This document shows positions 35,608 through 44,536 of a DNA stretch of 64,000 bases, one piece after another (the first letter of the stretch is position 1; each line of letters opens with the position of its first letter). The notes below the pieces were generated by a model that worked only from the letters and a program-made list of their open reading frames with translations, was not told the origin of the DNA and did not search any database. Made by a program: the position numbers and the translations under genes. This DNA is from Corallococcus interemptor. Lineage in GTDB: Bacteria; Myxococcota; Myxococcia; Myxococcales; Myxococcaceae. The stretch lies in NCBI RefSeq assembly GCF_050270115.1, contig NZ_JBNNJP010000025.1; one strand, written 5' to 3'.

Positions 35608-36387
35608 ATGACTCCCTCCGCCCCCGCACCCCATGTCGACGTCGCCACGCCCGAGCGGGTGGCCCTCTCGCTGCCCGTGGCCGGCATCGGCTACCGCTGT
35701 CTTGCGTGGCTGGTGGACGCGAGCCTGCTGTTCTTCTTCTGGGTGGCGCTCTACTTCGTCGTGACGCTGCTGGTGTCCGACGTGCTGGGCGCCTTCCAGG
35801 CGCTGTCCGGGCTCACGCAGACCCTGCTGGCGGTGGGCCTGTTCGCCACGCAATGGCTGTACTGGACGCTGGCGGAGGTCTTCTTCCATGGACAGACACC
35901 CGGCAAGCGCGCGCTGCGCATCCGGGTGGTGCGCGAGGATGGCTCGCCGGTGGGCTTCTTCGAAAGCGCGGTGAGAAACCTCTGCCGTGCAGTGGACTTC
36001 CTGCCGGTGCTCTACGCCACCGGCTGCATCACCATGCTGCTGGACTCGCGGCACCGCCGGCTGGGAGACCTGCTCGCCGGCACCGTGCTGGTGCGCGAGG
36101 AGGCCATCGACCTGGACAAGTACACGCAGGGCTCGGCGCCGGACGCGCCGCCTCCTCCGGTGGGGGACCCAGGTGTTCAGCGGCCCCTGGGCGCGGAGGA
36201 CGTGGAGCTGGTGCTGGCCTTCCTCGCGCGCGCGCCCGGCCTGGAGCCGGACGTGCGGCGGCGGCTGGGAGCGCGGCTGGTGGACCGCGTGGGCGCGTCC
36301 CTGACGGACGAGGAGCGCGCGCGGGTGCTCCAGTCCCAGGAGGCCACGGAGGCCTTCCTGCGCACGCGCGCGAAGGCGGCCCACTGA
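35608..36387 (+). CDS. RDD-family membrane protein
   Basis: GYRCLAWLVDASLLFFFWVALYFVV… (RDD domain). An alternative start lies at 35575. Confidence 0.65.
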   Translation: MTPSAPAPHVDVATPERVALSLPVAGIGYRCLAWLVDASLLFFFWVALYFVVTLLVSDVLGAFQALSGLTQTLLAVGLFATQWLYWTLAEVFFHGQTPGKRALRIRVVREDGSPVGFFESAVRNLCRAVDFLPVLYATGCITMLLDSRHRRLGDLLAGTVLVREEAIDLDKYTQGSAPDAPPPPVGDPGVQRPLGAEDVELVLAFLARAPGLEPDVRRRLGARLVDRVGASLTDEERARVLQSQEATEAFLRTRAKAAH

Positions 36388-36388
36388 C

Positions 36389-37399
36389 ATGGCCGCGCCG
36401 CTGCCCACCTTCGTCACCCGGCGCAGGCCGGACTGGGACGCGCTCCAGTCCCTGCTGACGCGCCAGCGCGCGGGCCGCTTGAGCCTTTCGGAGCTGCGCA
36501 CGCTGGACACGCTGTACCGGCGCGCGGCCGCCGACCTGGCGCGGGCGCAGACGTTCTATCCGGGCACGGACGCGCACCGCTTCCTCAACCAGCTGTGCGC
36601 GCAGGCGTATGGCGCCATCTACCAGCCGCCGCGCGAGCGCTGGGCCTCCACGCGCGACTTCTTCCGGCGGGACTTCCCCGCGACGCTGCGCCGCGAGGCG
36701 CGCTTCGTGGGCGTGAGCGCGGGCCTGCTGGTGCTGGGGCTGCTGCTGGGCGCGCTGGTGGTGACGCTGGAGCCGCGCGGCGCGGAGCTGCTGGTGCCGG
36801 AGGGCGTGCGGCGCTACGTGGCGCAGGGGCGCATGTGGACGGATGATCTGCTGTCCGTGGCGCCGCCCAACGCCGTGGCCTCCGGCATCGCGACCAACAA
36901 CCTCACCGTCACGCTGTTCGCGTTCGCGTCCGGCATCCTCTTGGGCGTGGGGCCCATCTTCACGCTCGTGAACAACGGCGTGCTGATTGGCGCGGTGGGG
37001 GCGCTCTGCTACCGCGAGGGCATGACGGCGGGCTTCCTGGACTTCATCGCCGCGCACGGGCCCGTGGAGCTGTCCATCATCGTCATCGCGGGCGGCGCGG
37101 GGCTGATGGTGGGCCAGGCGCTCATCGACCCCGGCGAGCTGCCGCGCGCGCAGGCGCTCCAGTCACGCGGGCGCGAGGCGGTGAAGCTGGTGGTGGGCTG
37201 CGCGCCCTTCCTCGCCGGCATCGGCATGGTGGAGGGCTTCATCTCCCCGGGCCACCTGTTCCCCACCTGGGCCAAGGTGGGGCTGGGCCTGTCGCTGGGA
37301 GCGCTCTTCTGGCTCTACCTGTTGCGCGCGGGCAGGACGGACGCGGGCGTGGCGCGCGTGGACGTGCCGGACGCCATGGCCTCCAGCCGCTTGCGCTGA
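36389..37399 (+). CDS. SpoIIM-like (DUF95) integral membrane protein
   Basis: FAFASGILLGVGPIFTLVNNGVLIGAV…HGPVELSIIVIAGGAGL is typical of stage II sporulation protein M-like proteins. Confidence 0.65.
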   Translation: MAAPLPTFVTRRRPDWDALQSLLTRQRAGRLSLSELRTLDTLYRRAAADLARAQTFYPGTDAHRFLNQLCAQAYGAIYQPPRERWASTRDFFRRDFPATLRREARFVGVSAGLLVLGLLLGALVVTLEPRGAELLVPEGVRRYVAQGRMWTDDLLSVAPPNAVASGIATNNLTVTLFAFASGILLGVGPIFTLVNNGVLIGAVGALCYREGMTAGFLDFIAAHGPVELSIIVIAGGAGLMVGQALIDPGELPRAQALQSRGREAVKLVVGCAPFLAGIGMVEGFISPGHLFPTWAKVGLGLSLGALFWLYLLRAGRTDAGVARVDVPDAMASSRLR

Positions 37400-37830
37400 C
37401 GGTGCTTGAGGATGCGCTCGTAGGCGTCGTTGACCTCGCGCATCTGCTCCGCGGAGCCGCCCCGGTCCGGGTGCCGCTCCAGCGCCAGCGCGTGGAAGCG
37501 CGCGCGGATGACGTCCGGCGAATCCAGGGGCGACACGCCCAGCGTCTGGTACGGGCACTGCTCCTGGACGGCGGTGAGCCATTGGTCCAACCGGGCCTTC
37601 ACCTCCACGAAGCGCGCGTCCGCGTCCGCGGTGTCCTTCACCGGGTGCGTGCGCATCTTCGCGTCCGCGCGGAAGACCTCGCTGTAGGTGCTGGACACCC
37701 AGCGGTGACACGAACCGCACCGGTAGTACTTCACCCGGTTTCCGGGCTGGAGTGTCATCATCACGCCGCAGTGGGTGCACTCCACCGTGACGTTCTCCAG
37801 TGTCTGCCAGCTCGCGACCGCCGCACCCAT
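37315..37830 (-). CDS. J-domain (DnaJ-like) protein with an N-terminal zinc ribbon
   Basis: CTHCG…CGSC zinc ribbon; J-domain YQTLGVSPLDSPDVIRARFHALALERHPDRGG (HPD motif). The 3' end overlaps the SpoIIM-like gene (convergent). Confidence 0.75.
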   Translation of the reverse strand: MGAAVASWQTLENVTVECTHCGVMMTLQPGNRVKYYRCGSCHRWVSSTYSEVFRADAKMRTHPVKDTADADARFVEVKARLDQWLTAVQEQCPYQTLGVSPLDSPDVIRARFHALALERHPDRGGSAEQMREVNDAYERILKHRQRKRLEAMASGTSTRATPASVLPARNR

Positions 37831-37975
37831 GGTGACTTCGACCTCCGTTCGCAACACGCCTGTAGCACTGGCAAACTCCCACAGCGGCGGATCCCGTCAA
37901 GAAAATGTCGCGCGCGACCCGGGGGGTGCCCCCCGCCGCTGCCGGGCTTCCCGGGATTCGGGTAGAACGAGGCCC

Positions 37976-38506
37976 ATGCGACCGCTCCTCGCCGCCGCCC
38001 TGCTCCTGACCGCCGCCGCGCACGCCCAGGCACCGTCGACCCCGGCGCCCAAGGCCGCCCCGAAGGCCGACAAGGCCCCGGCGGACCCCCACGCCCAGGA
38101 CGACTCCCTCCTCAAGGGCCTGTTGTGGGCGGCGGAGCCCGCGCCGGAGGAGATCCGCGCGCTCGCCATCGAGGACCTGGCGCTCCTGGGGGACACGCGC
38201 GCCCTGGACCCGCTGGCCGCGTTCATCTGGGACCCCAACCCGCGCATCCAGCAGGCCGCGTTGCGCGCGGTGGCCCTCTTCCAGCACCGCCGCGCGGAGG
38301 AGATTTTGGGCAACGTCGTGCGCCACCCGCGCCTGCCGGACGCGCTGAAGATCCAAGCCCTGGGCGGTCTCTTGTATCAGCGCACCGCCACGGCCCGCCG
38401 GGTGGTGCAGGACGTGGCCGCGGACAGCCGCGTGGGCTACGCGGTGCAGAACGCGGCGCGCTCGGTGGCGTCGCAGTGGGAGGCCGCTCCGGCCGCCGCG
38501 CACTGA
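37976..38506 (+). CDS. Secreted HEAT-repeat protein
   Basis: Signal peptide MRPLLAAALLLTAAAHA and HEAT-like repeats (IRALAIEDLALLGDTRALDPLAAFIWDPNPRIQQAALRAVALF). Confidence 0.55.
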   Translation: MRPLLAAALLLTAAAHAQAPSTPAPKAAPKADKAPADPHAQDDSLLKGLLWAAEPAPEEIRALAIEDLALLGDTRALDPLAAFIWDPNPRIQQAALRAVALFQHRRAEEILGNVVRHPRLPDALKIQALGGLLYQRTATARRVVQDVAADSRVGYAVQNAARSVASQWEAAPAAAH

Positions 38507-38601
38507 AACACGCCTGCTCGCCTGCCCTCCAGACTTGACGCCGCCCCCGCCCGCCGGGCCGATTCCTGGAGTGCGCGCGTGTATGGGTTAGACTGGGGCG
38601 C

Positions 38602-39129
38602 ATGAAGATCACCCCCCTCGACATCCGGCAGAAGCGCTTCGAGACGGTGATGCGCGGCTTCGCGCGTCCCGAAGTGGGCGCGTACCTGGAGCTGATCGCC
38701 GGCGAGTTCGAGGAGGTCGTGAAGGAGAACATCGCGCTCAAGGAGGAGCTGAAGCGCACGCAGGCGCGGCTCGAGCAGCATCAGGAGCGCGAGCGCACCC
38801 TCCAGGAGACGATGGTCACCGCCCAGCGCATCAGCGAGGACCTGAAGGACGCCGCGAAGAAGGAAGCGGAGATCATCATCGCGGACGCGGAGCACCAGGC
38901 GGAGAAGATCGTCCACGGCGCGCACCAGCGGCTGGTGCAGGTGGTGGAGGACATCAACGAGCTCAAGCGCCAGCGCACCCAGTTCGAGTCGCAGGTGCGC
39001 TCCGTGGTGGAGGCCCACCGCAAGCTGCTGGAGACGTTCGCCGCGCCCACCTTCGCGGACCGCGACTACGCGCGCGTGGAGGACAACGTCGCGTTCCTGT
39101 CCCAGAAGAAGGCCACCTCCAACGACTAG
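38602..39129 (+). CDS. DivIVA-domain protein
   Basis: [43 protein letters not shown] is the canonical DivIVA N-terminus, followed by a coiled coil. Confidence 0.8.
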   Translation: MKITPLDIRQKRFETVMRGFARPEVGAYLELIAGEFEEVVKENIALKEELKRTQARLEQHQERERTLQETMVTAQRISEDLKDAAKKEAEIIIADAEHQAEKIVHGAHQRLVQVVEDINELKRQRTQFESQVRSVVEAHRKLLETFAAPTFADRDYARVEDNVAFLSQKKATSND

Positions 39130-39140
39130 CACCCGCGCGC

Positions 39141-39440
39141 ATGTCCGCTCCCTGGCTCAAGGCCGTGCAGTCCGGGGTGGAGCTGACGGTGCTCGTGCAG
39201 CCGCGCGCGTCCCGCACCAGGGTCGTGGGCGAGCATGACGGCCAGCTGAAGATCCAGCTCGCCGCGCCGCCCGTGGATGGGGAAGCGAATGCGGCCCTGG
39301 TGGAATTCATCGCCAAAACGCTGGGTGTGCCGCGCCGTCAGGTGACCCTGGTGGCGGGTGACACGTCGCGCCGTAAGCGATTGAGGGTGGAGGGGGTTGA
39401 TGCGCCGGCGGTCGAGGCTGTTATCTCTGGTGGACCGTGA
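39141..39440 (+). CDS. DUF167/YggU-family protein
   Basis: [59 protein letters not shown] is the YggU signature. Confidence 0.8.
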   Translation: MSAPWLKAVQSGVELTVLVQPRASRTRVVGEHDGQLKIQLAAPPVDGEANAALVEFIAKTLGVPRRQVTLVAGDTSRRKRLRVEGVDAPAVEAVISGGP

Positions 39441-39448
39441 GGCCACGC

Positions 39449-40720
39449 ATGCTCCGCCTGTTCGCCTTCTTGATGATGCTGCTGGCCTCGCCGGGCGTGT
39501 TCGCACAGGACGAAGGCCCGCGCGGCATCCACGCCACGGAGGCCGTCGTCACCGACACCGCGCTCGTGCCCCACGCGCGCCCCTCCATCGTCGCGGGTGA
39601 GCTGAAGACGCAGCGCTTCCTCATCCTGCACACCGCGAAGGCAGCGGGCGCGGCCCGGGCGCTGGCCACGCAGATTGAAGGCGTGCGGGACAACTTCGGG
39701 GCGATGCTGGGGCGCGACTGGCCGGGCACCACCGAGATCCGCCTGGGCGTGGGCCGCCAGGAGTTCGAGGCCCTGGCGCTCCCCGGAGGAAAGCCCCCGG
39801 GCTGGGCCGTGGCGCTCGCCTATCCGGGGCATCAGATCATCCTGCTGGACGCGCTGAGCCTGAACGGCGCGGAAGGCCCCACCACGCTGCGGCATGAGCT
39901 GGCGCACGTGGCCCTGGGCCAGCTGGCGAAGGACTGGCCGCGCTGGTTCCAGGAGGGCGTGGCGCAGAACCTCACCGACGAGCGCTACTCCGTCGCCCAC
40001 TACACCGCCCTCTTCCGCGCGGTGACGCAGGAGCGCGTCTTCCACTTCGAGGACCTGTCCGACGAGTGGCCGGACGTGCCCGCGGACGTCGAAATCGCCT
40101 ACGCGCAGAGCGCGGCCTTCGTGGCCTACCTCACCGGCAAGCACGGCGCCGCCGCCATGGGCCTGCTGGTGGACGGCGTGCGCGCGGGAGAGCCCTTCGA
40201 GCAGGCCTTCGGCAAGGCCTTCCGCACGTCGCTGCTGCTGGAGGAGCAGGACTGGCGCGAGGGGCTCGCGGCCCGCTACGGCTGGCTGCCATTGACGACC
40301 AGCTCCGCGCTCCTCTGGCTCACCGCCTCCGTGCTGTGCGTGGCCGCCTTCTGGCGCCGCATGCGTCAGAAGGCCGCGCGCATGACGGAGCTGGCCGCGG
40401 AGGACGCCGCCGAGGACGCCGCGCTGCGCCTCCTGGCCGCCGCCCGCGCCGCGGGCCCCCTGCCCGTGGATGGCGCCGAGCCGCTGTCCCCCGCCCTCCC
40501 CTGGCCGGAGTGGCCCGGCGCCACCACGCCGGTGGCCCCGCCCAATCCGTCCACGCCCAGCCAGCCGGAGGCCCTGGAGGGCGCACCGGAGGCGCTGGAG
40601 TCTGGCGCGGGCCGTCCGGAGGACGTGGAGGCGGGCGAGGAGCCGGAGGCGCCCAGCGGCGAGTTCGAGCTCGACGACGAGGCCCCGTCCGGCCGCCCGC
40701 CCAAGCCGACGCTCCACTGA
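39449..40720 (+). CDS. Secreted peptidase-MA-like zinc metalloprotein with a C-terminal TM segment and acidic tail
   Basis: Signal peptide MLRLFAFLMMLLASPGVFAQ, HELAHV (HExxH), a TM segment LLWLTASVLCVAAFW, and a Pro/Glu-rich tail. Confidence 0.55.
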   Translation: MLRLFAFLMMLLASPGVFAQDEGPRGIHATEAVVTDTALVPHARPSIVAGELKTQRFLILHTAKAAGAARALATQIEGVRDNFGAMLGRDWPGTTEIRLGVGRQEFEALALPGGKPPGWAVALAYPGHQIILLDALSLNGAEGPTTLRHELAHVALGQLAKDWPRWFQEGVAQNLTDERYSVAHYTALFRAVTQERVFHFEDLSDEWPDVPADVEIAYAQSAAFVAYLTGKHGAAAMGLLVDGVRAGEPFEQAFGKAFRTSLLLEEQDWREGLAARYGWLPLTTSSALLWLTASVLCVAAFWRRMRQKAARMTELAAEDAAEDAALRLLAAARAAGPLPVDGAEPLSPALPWPEWPGATTPVAPPNPSTPSQPEALEGAPEALESGAGRPEDVEAGEEPEAPSGEFELDDEAPSGRPPKPTLH

Positions 40721-40902
40721 GGGGCGCGCCGTGCCCAGGCAGGGAAGGAACTTCTCCTCCCCCCGGCCTTTCAACATCCGCCCCGTAGGATTTACGTCCT
40801 CCGCCCTCCCTTCAGGGCAACCCCACTGCCCAAGTGGGCGGATTCATTGGGAACCAGCAACCCCCAGGCGTTGGCAAAGCCCTTGCTAAGTCTTCGTTCG
40901 CG

Positions 40903-41445
40903 ATGCGGACGACAACGGACATGGCGGCGGAGCGGGGACGGAAGAAGGCGGGGGCGGCCCGGGTCTTCAGCAAGCAGCCGGAGCGCATCGCGGCGCTGTG
41001 GCGGCGGATGCGGCTGGCGGCGCACGAGGGCCAGGGCGTTCCGGGCCCCAGCCTGCTGGACGGACTGGTGGAGCCCTTCGTCCGGGAGCTGGGACTGACG
41101 CTGGAAGGCGCGGAGTCCAGCCCGTGGAGCCGCACCCGCGCGGTGCTGCGCCTGGCGCCGGAGCGTGGCGCGCGGGCCCTGCATGACGAATTCGCACTGC
41201 TGCGGCGGTGCCTGGTGGACGCCCTGGAGGTGCTGGGCGGTGGGGACGCGGAGCGCCAGCGGATCAACCGCGCGCTCGACGAGGCCGTGGACAGCGCGGT
41301 GGCGCTGCTCCAGCGGATGGCGGACCCGAAGGCGGATGGGCCTCGGGTGCCCTTCGGCGGCCTGGTGGTCGAGTACTTCGAGCGGCCGTCCCACGCGCGC
41401 CGGGCCCCCATGGGCCGCCGCGACGAGCGGTCCGCGATGCACTAA
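40903..41445 (+). CDS. Hypothetical protein
   Basis: Protein-like helical composition. No motif recognised. Confidence 0.4.
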   Translation: MRTTTDMAAERGRKKAGAARVFSKQPERIAALWRRMRLAAHEGQGVPGPSLLDGLVEPFVRELGLTLEGAESSPWSRTRAVLRLAPERGARALHDEFALLRRCLVDALEVLGGGDAERQRINRALDEAVDSAVALLQRMADPKADGPRVPFGGLVVEYFERPSHARRAPMGRRDERSAMH

Positions 41446-41771
41446 CGGCGCGCAGGAGGCGCCAGGTTTTGGTTGTAACGGTTTGCCGATCCGTCCGGCT
41501 TGACACTCCTCAACGAGGAAGGGTCCGGGGGCTGGCGGGAGGGTGCGCTGTCATGGATGGGGGTCCGTGACCGTGCCTTGAGGGTGCGAGTTCCTGCTCG
41601 GGGGAGCGGTGAGCCGCACACGGTCGAACGCCGGAACGCGTGGATGGGGGTCCGCGCGCTCCGCCGGTCGGACGGATCGGCATATTTTGTCGGGGGGCTT
41701 GGGGATGGGGCAGCGGGAGGGCGCCTACGGGGGTGGGCGCTCTCCCGCATTTTTTCGTGCGGTGCCGCGCT

Positions 41772-44477
41772 TCAGTGCGCGTCCGCCCAACTCTTCCCAG
41801 CGCCCACTTCCACCTTGAGCGGCACCTTCAGCTCCGCGACGGAGGCCATGCTCTTCACGGCCAGGGCCTTCACCGCGTCCACCTCCGCGTCCGGCGCCTC
41901 GAAGAGCAGTTCGTCGTGCACCTGGAGCAGCACGCGCGTCTTCAGCTTCTGCTCGCGCAGCGCGGCGTCCACCGCCAGCATGGCCTTCTTCATCAGGTCC
42001 GCGGCGGTGCCCTGGATGGGCATGTTGATGGCGGCGCGCTCGGCGGCCTGGGCCACCGCGCGGTTCTTGGAGAGCAGGTCGCCCATCAGGCGGCGGCGGC
42101 CGTAGAGCGTCTCCACGTAGCCCACCTTGCGCGCCTTCTCCACGGTGTCCTCCAGGTACTGGCGGATGCCCGCGTACCGGGTGAAGTACCGCTCGATGAC
42201 GTCGCGCGCGTTCTCCTGGGAGATGCCCAGGCGCGTGGACAGGCCGTGCGCGGACAGGCCGTACGCGATGCCGAAGTTCACCGTCTTCGCCACGCGGCGC
42301 TGCTCGCGGTCCACGTCCTTGGGGTCCACGCCGAAGATTTCGGCCGCCGTGCGGCTGTGGATGTCCTCGTCGTTGCGGAAGGCCTCGATGAGCACCGGGT
42401 CCTCCGCGATGTGCGCCAGGAGCCGCAGCTCGATCTGCGAGTAGTCCGCGCTCACCAGCTGGTGCCCCGCGTCCGCCACGAAGGCGCGGCGGATTTCGCG
42501 GCCCACTTCCGTGCGGATGGGGATGTTCTGCAGGTTCGGGTCGGACGAGGACAGCCGGCCCGTGGCGGTGGCCGCCTGGTGGTACGTCGTGTGGATGCGC
42601 CCGTCCTTCGCCACCAGCGTGGGCAGCGTGTCCAGGTAGGTGCTCTTGAGCTTGGACAGGCCGCGGTATTCGATCAGCGCCCGCGCGAGCACGCTGTTGT
42701 GCTCCTCCGCCAGCTTCTCCAGCACCTCCTGATCCGTGGACGGGCCCGTCTTGCCGCGCTTGAGGATGGGCAGCTTCTGCTCTTCGTAGAGCACCTGCGC
42801 CAGCTGCGGGTTGGAGCCCAGGTTGAAGACGTGGCCCGCGGCCTGGTGGCACTCGGCCTCCTTCGCCTTCACCTCCACGTCCACGCGCTCGGACGTGCGC
42901 GCCAGCTCCGCCACGTCCAGCTTCACGCCCTCGCGCTCCATGCGCGCGAGCACGGGCAGGATCGGCAGCTCCAGCGTGCGCGCCAGCTCCGCCAGCCCGC
43001 CCAGCTCCAGCTCCTTCCACAGCTCCGGCGCCAGCCTCCGCGCCGCGTCCGCGCGCACCGCGTACGCCGCGGCCACCTCCTCCGGCCCGTGGTCCGCCAG
43101 CGGCCGGCCCTTCTTGCCGCCCACGGACGCGGGCAGCGCGGGCAGCTCCGAGCGAAGCCGCTCCCGCGCCAGGTCCTCCAGCGCGTGCTCCCGGCGCGAC
43201 GGGTTGAGCAGGTAGCTCAGGAGCTCCACGTCGTCGTGCGCGCCTTCCAGCGTCAGGCCCTCGTTGGCCAGCACCAGCGTGAGCGCCTTGAGGTCGTGGC
43301 CGCCCTTCTTCACCGCCGCGTCCGCGAGCACGTCCTTCAAGGCCGCGCTGAAGGCCGCCACCGGCACCTGCGTGGCGCCCAGCTGCTGGTGCCTCAGCGG
43401 CACGTAGCGCGTGGAGCCATCCGGCAGCGCCACGCCAAGCCCCACCAGCGGCGCCGCGAAGGGCATGCCCTCGTAGGCGGGCACCAGCGTGAGGCTCCCG
43501 GCCGCCTTCGCCGCGTCCGCCAGCGTCTTCAGCTCCGCCTCGGTGGTGACCAGCGTGGTGGTGGTGGACAGCGGCGCCACGTCCGGCCGGGCCGGAGCCT
43601 CCTCCGCGGGCAGGTCGCGCAAGAGCGCGAAGAACTCCAGCTCCGTGAACAGGTCGCGCGCGCGCGTGGCGTCCGGAGCGCGGCGGATGAGGTCCTCCAG
43701 CTTCACGCCCAGGGGCAGTGTCGTGTTGAACGTCACCAGCTGCTTGGCGCGCGTCAGGCTCTCGCGGTGGGACTCCAGCGCCGCGCGGATCTTCGGCTTC
43801 TTCACTTCCTCCACGCGAGCGAGCAGCGTCTCCACGTCGCCGAACTGGTGGAGCAGCTCCACCGCCGTCTTGTCGCCCACGCCGGGCACCTTGGCGACGT
43901 TGTCCACCGCGTCGCCCACCAGGGCCAGGAAGTCGCGCACCTGCCTGGGCAGGATGCCCATCTTCTCCTGCACGTCCGCGATGCCGATGCGCTTGTTCTT
44001 CGCGGGGTCGAAGAGGGTGATGTCCTCGTCGACGATCTGCATGAAGTCCTTGTCGCTGGTGACGACCAGGACCTGGTAGCCCTCCGCCTTGGCCTGCATC
44101 GCCAGCGTGCCGATGACGTCGTCCGCCTCCCAGCCCTCCGCGTCCAGCGAGGGCAGGTTCAGCACGTCCCCCACCTTGCGGATGAGCGGGAACTGGGGCG
44201 TCAGGTCCTCCGGCGGCGCCTTGCGGTTCGCCTTGTACGTGGGGTCGATCTTCTGACGCTCCACGCGGCCGGACTTGTCGAACGCCAGCGCCACGTGCGT
44301 GGGCTTCAGCTCCTGCAGGGCCTTGAGCACCATGCGGGTGAAGCCCAGCACCGCGTTGGTGGGCACCCCCTTGCTCGTCGTGAGCGGGGGGATGGCGTGG
44401 TAGGCGCGGAAGATGAAGCCAGAGGCGTCGAAGAGCGCCAGGCGGCGCTCGGAGCGCGGGGGGCTGGTGTCGGCCAT
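41772..44477 (-). CDS. polA: DNA polymerase I
   Basis: 5'-3' exonuclease N-terminus (LALFDASGFIFRAYHAIP), 3'-5' exonuclease and Klenow motifs (RRVAKTVNFGIAYG, LQVHDELLFE). 901 aa. Confidence 0.95.
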   Translation of the reverse strand: MADTSPPRSERRLALFDASGFIFRAYHAIPPLTTSKGVPTNAVLGFTRMVLKALQELKPTHVALAFDKSGRVERQKIDPTYKANRKAPPEDLTPQFPLIRKVGDVLNLPSLDAEGWEADDVIGTLAMQAKAEGYQVLVVTSDKDFMQIVDEDITLFDPAKNKRIGIADVQEKMGILPRQVRDFLALVGDAVDNVAKVPGVGDKTAVELLHQFGDVETLLARVEEVKKPKIRAALESHRESLTRAKQLVTFNTTLPLGVKLEDLIRRAPDATRARDLFTELEFFALLRDLPAEEAPARPDVAPLSTTTTLVTTEAELKTLADAAKAAGSLTLVPAYEGMPFAAPLVGLGVALPDGSTRYVPLRHQQLGATQVPVAAFSAALKDVLADAAVKKGGHDLKALTLVLANEGLTLEGAHDDVELLSYLLNPSRREHALEDLARERLRSELPALPASVGGKKGRPLADHGPEEVAAAYAVRADAARRLAPELWKELELGGLAELARTLELPILPVLARMEREGVKLDVAELARTSERVDVEVKAKEAECHQAAGHVFNLGSNPQLAQVLYEEQKLPILKRGKTGPSTDQEVLEKLAEEHNSVLARALIEYRGLSKLKSTYLDTLPTLVAKDGRIHTTYHQAATATGRLSSSDPNLQNIPIRTEVGREIRRAFVADAGHQLVSADYSQIELRLLAHIAEDPVLIEAFRNDEDIHSRTAAEIFGVDPKDVDREQRRVAKTVNFGIAYGLSAHGLSTRLGISQENARDVIERYFTRYAGIRQYLEDTVEKARKVGYVETLYGRRRLMGDLLSKNRAVAQAAERAAINMPIQGTAADLMKKAMLAVDAALREQKLKTRVLLQVHDELLFEAPDAEVDAVKALAVKSMASVAELKVPLKVEVGAGKSWADAH

Positions 44478-44536
44478 CCCCCGTCCCTAGCGCGCCTCCC
44501 GGCCCCTGTCCACGAAGCCCCGCACCGGAAGGCCGC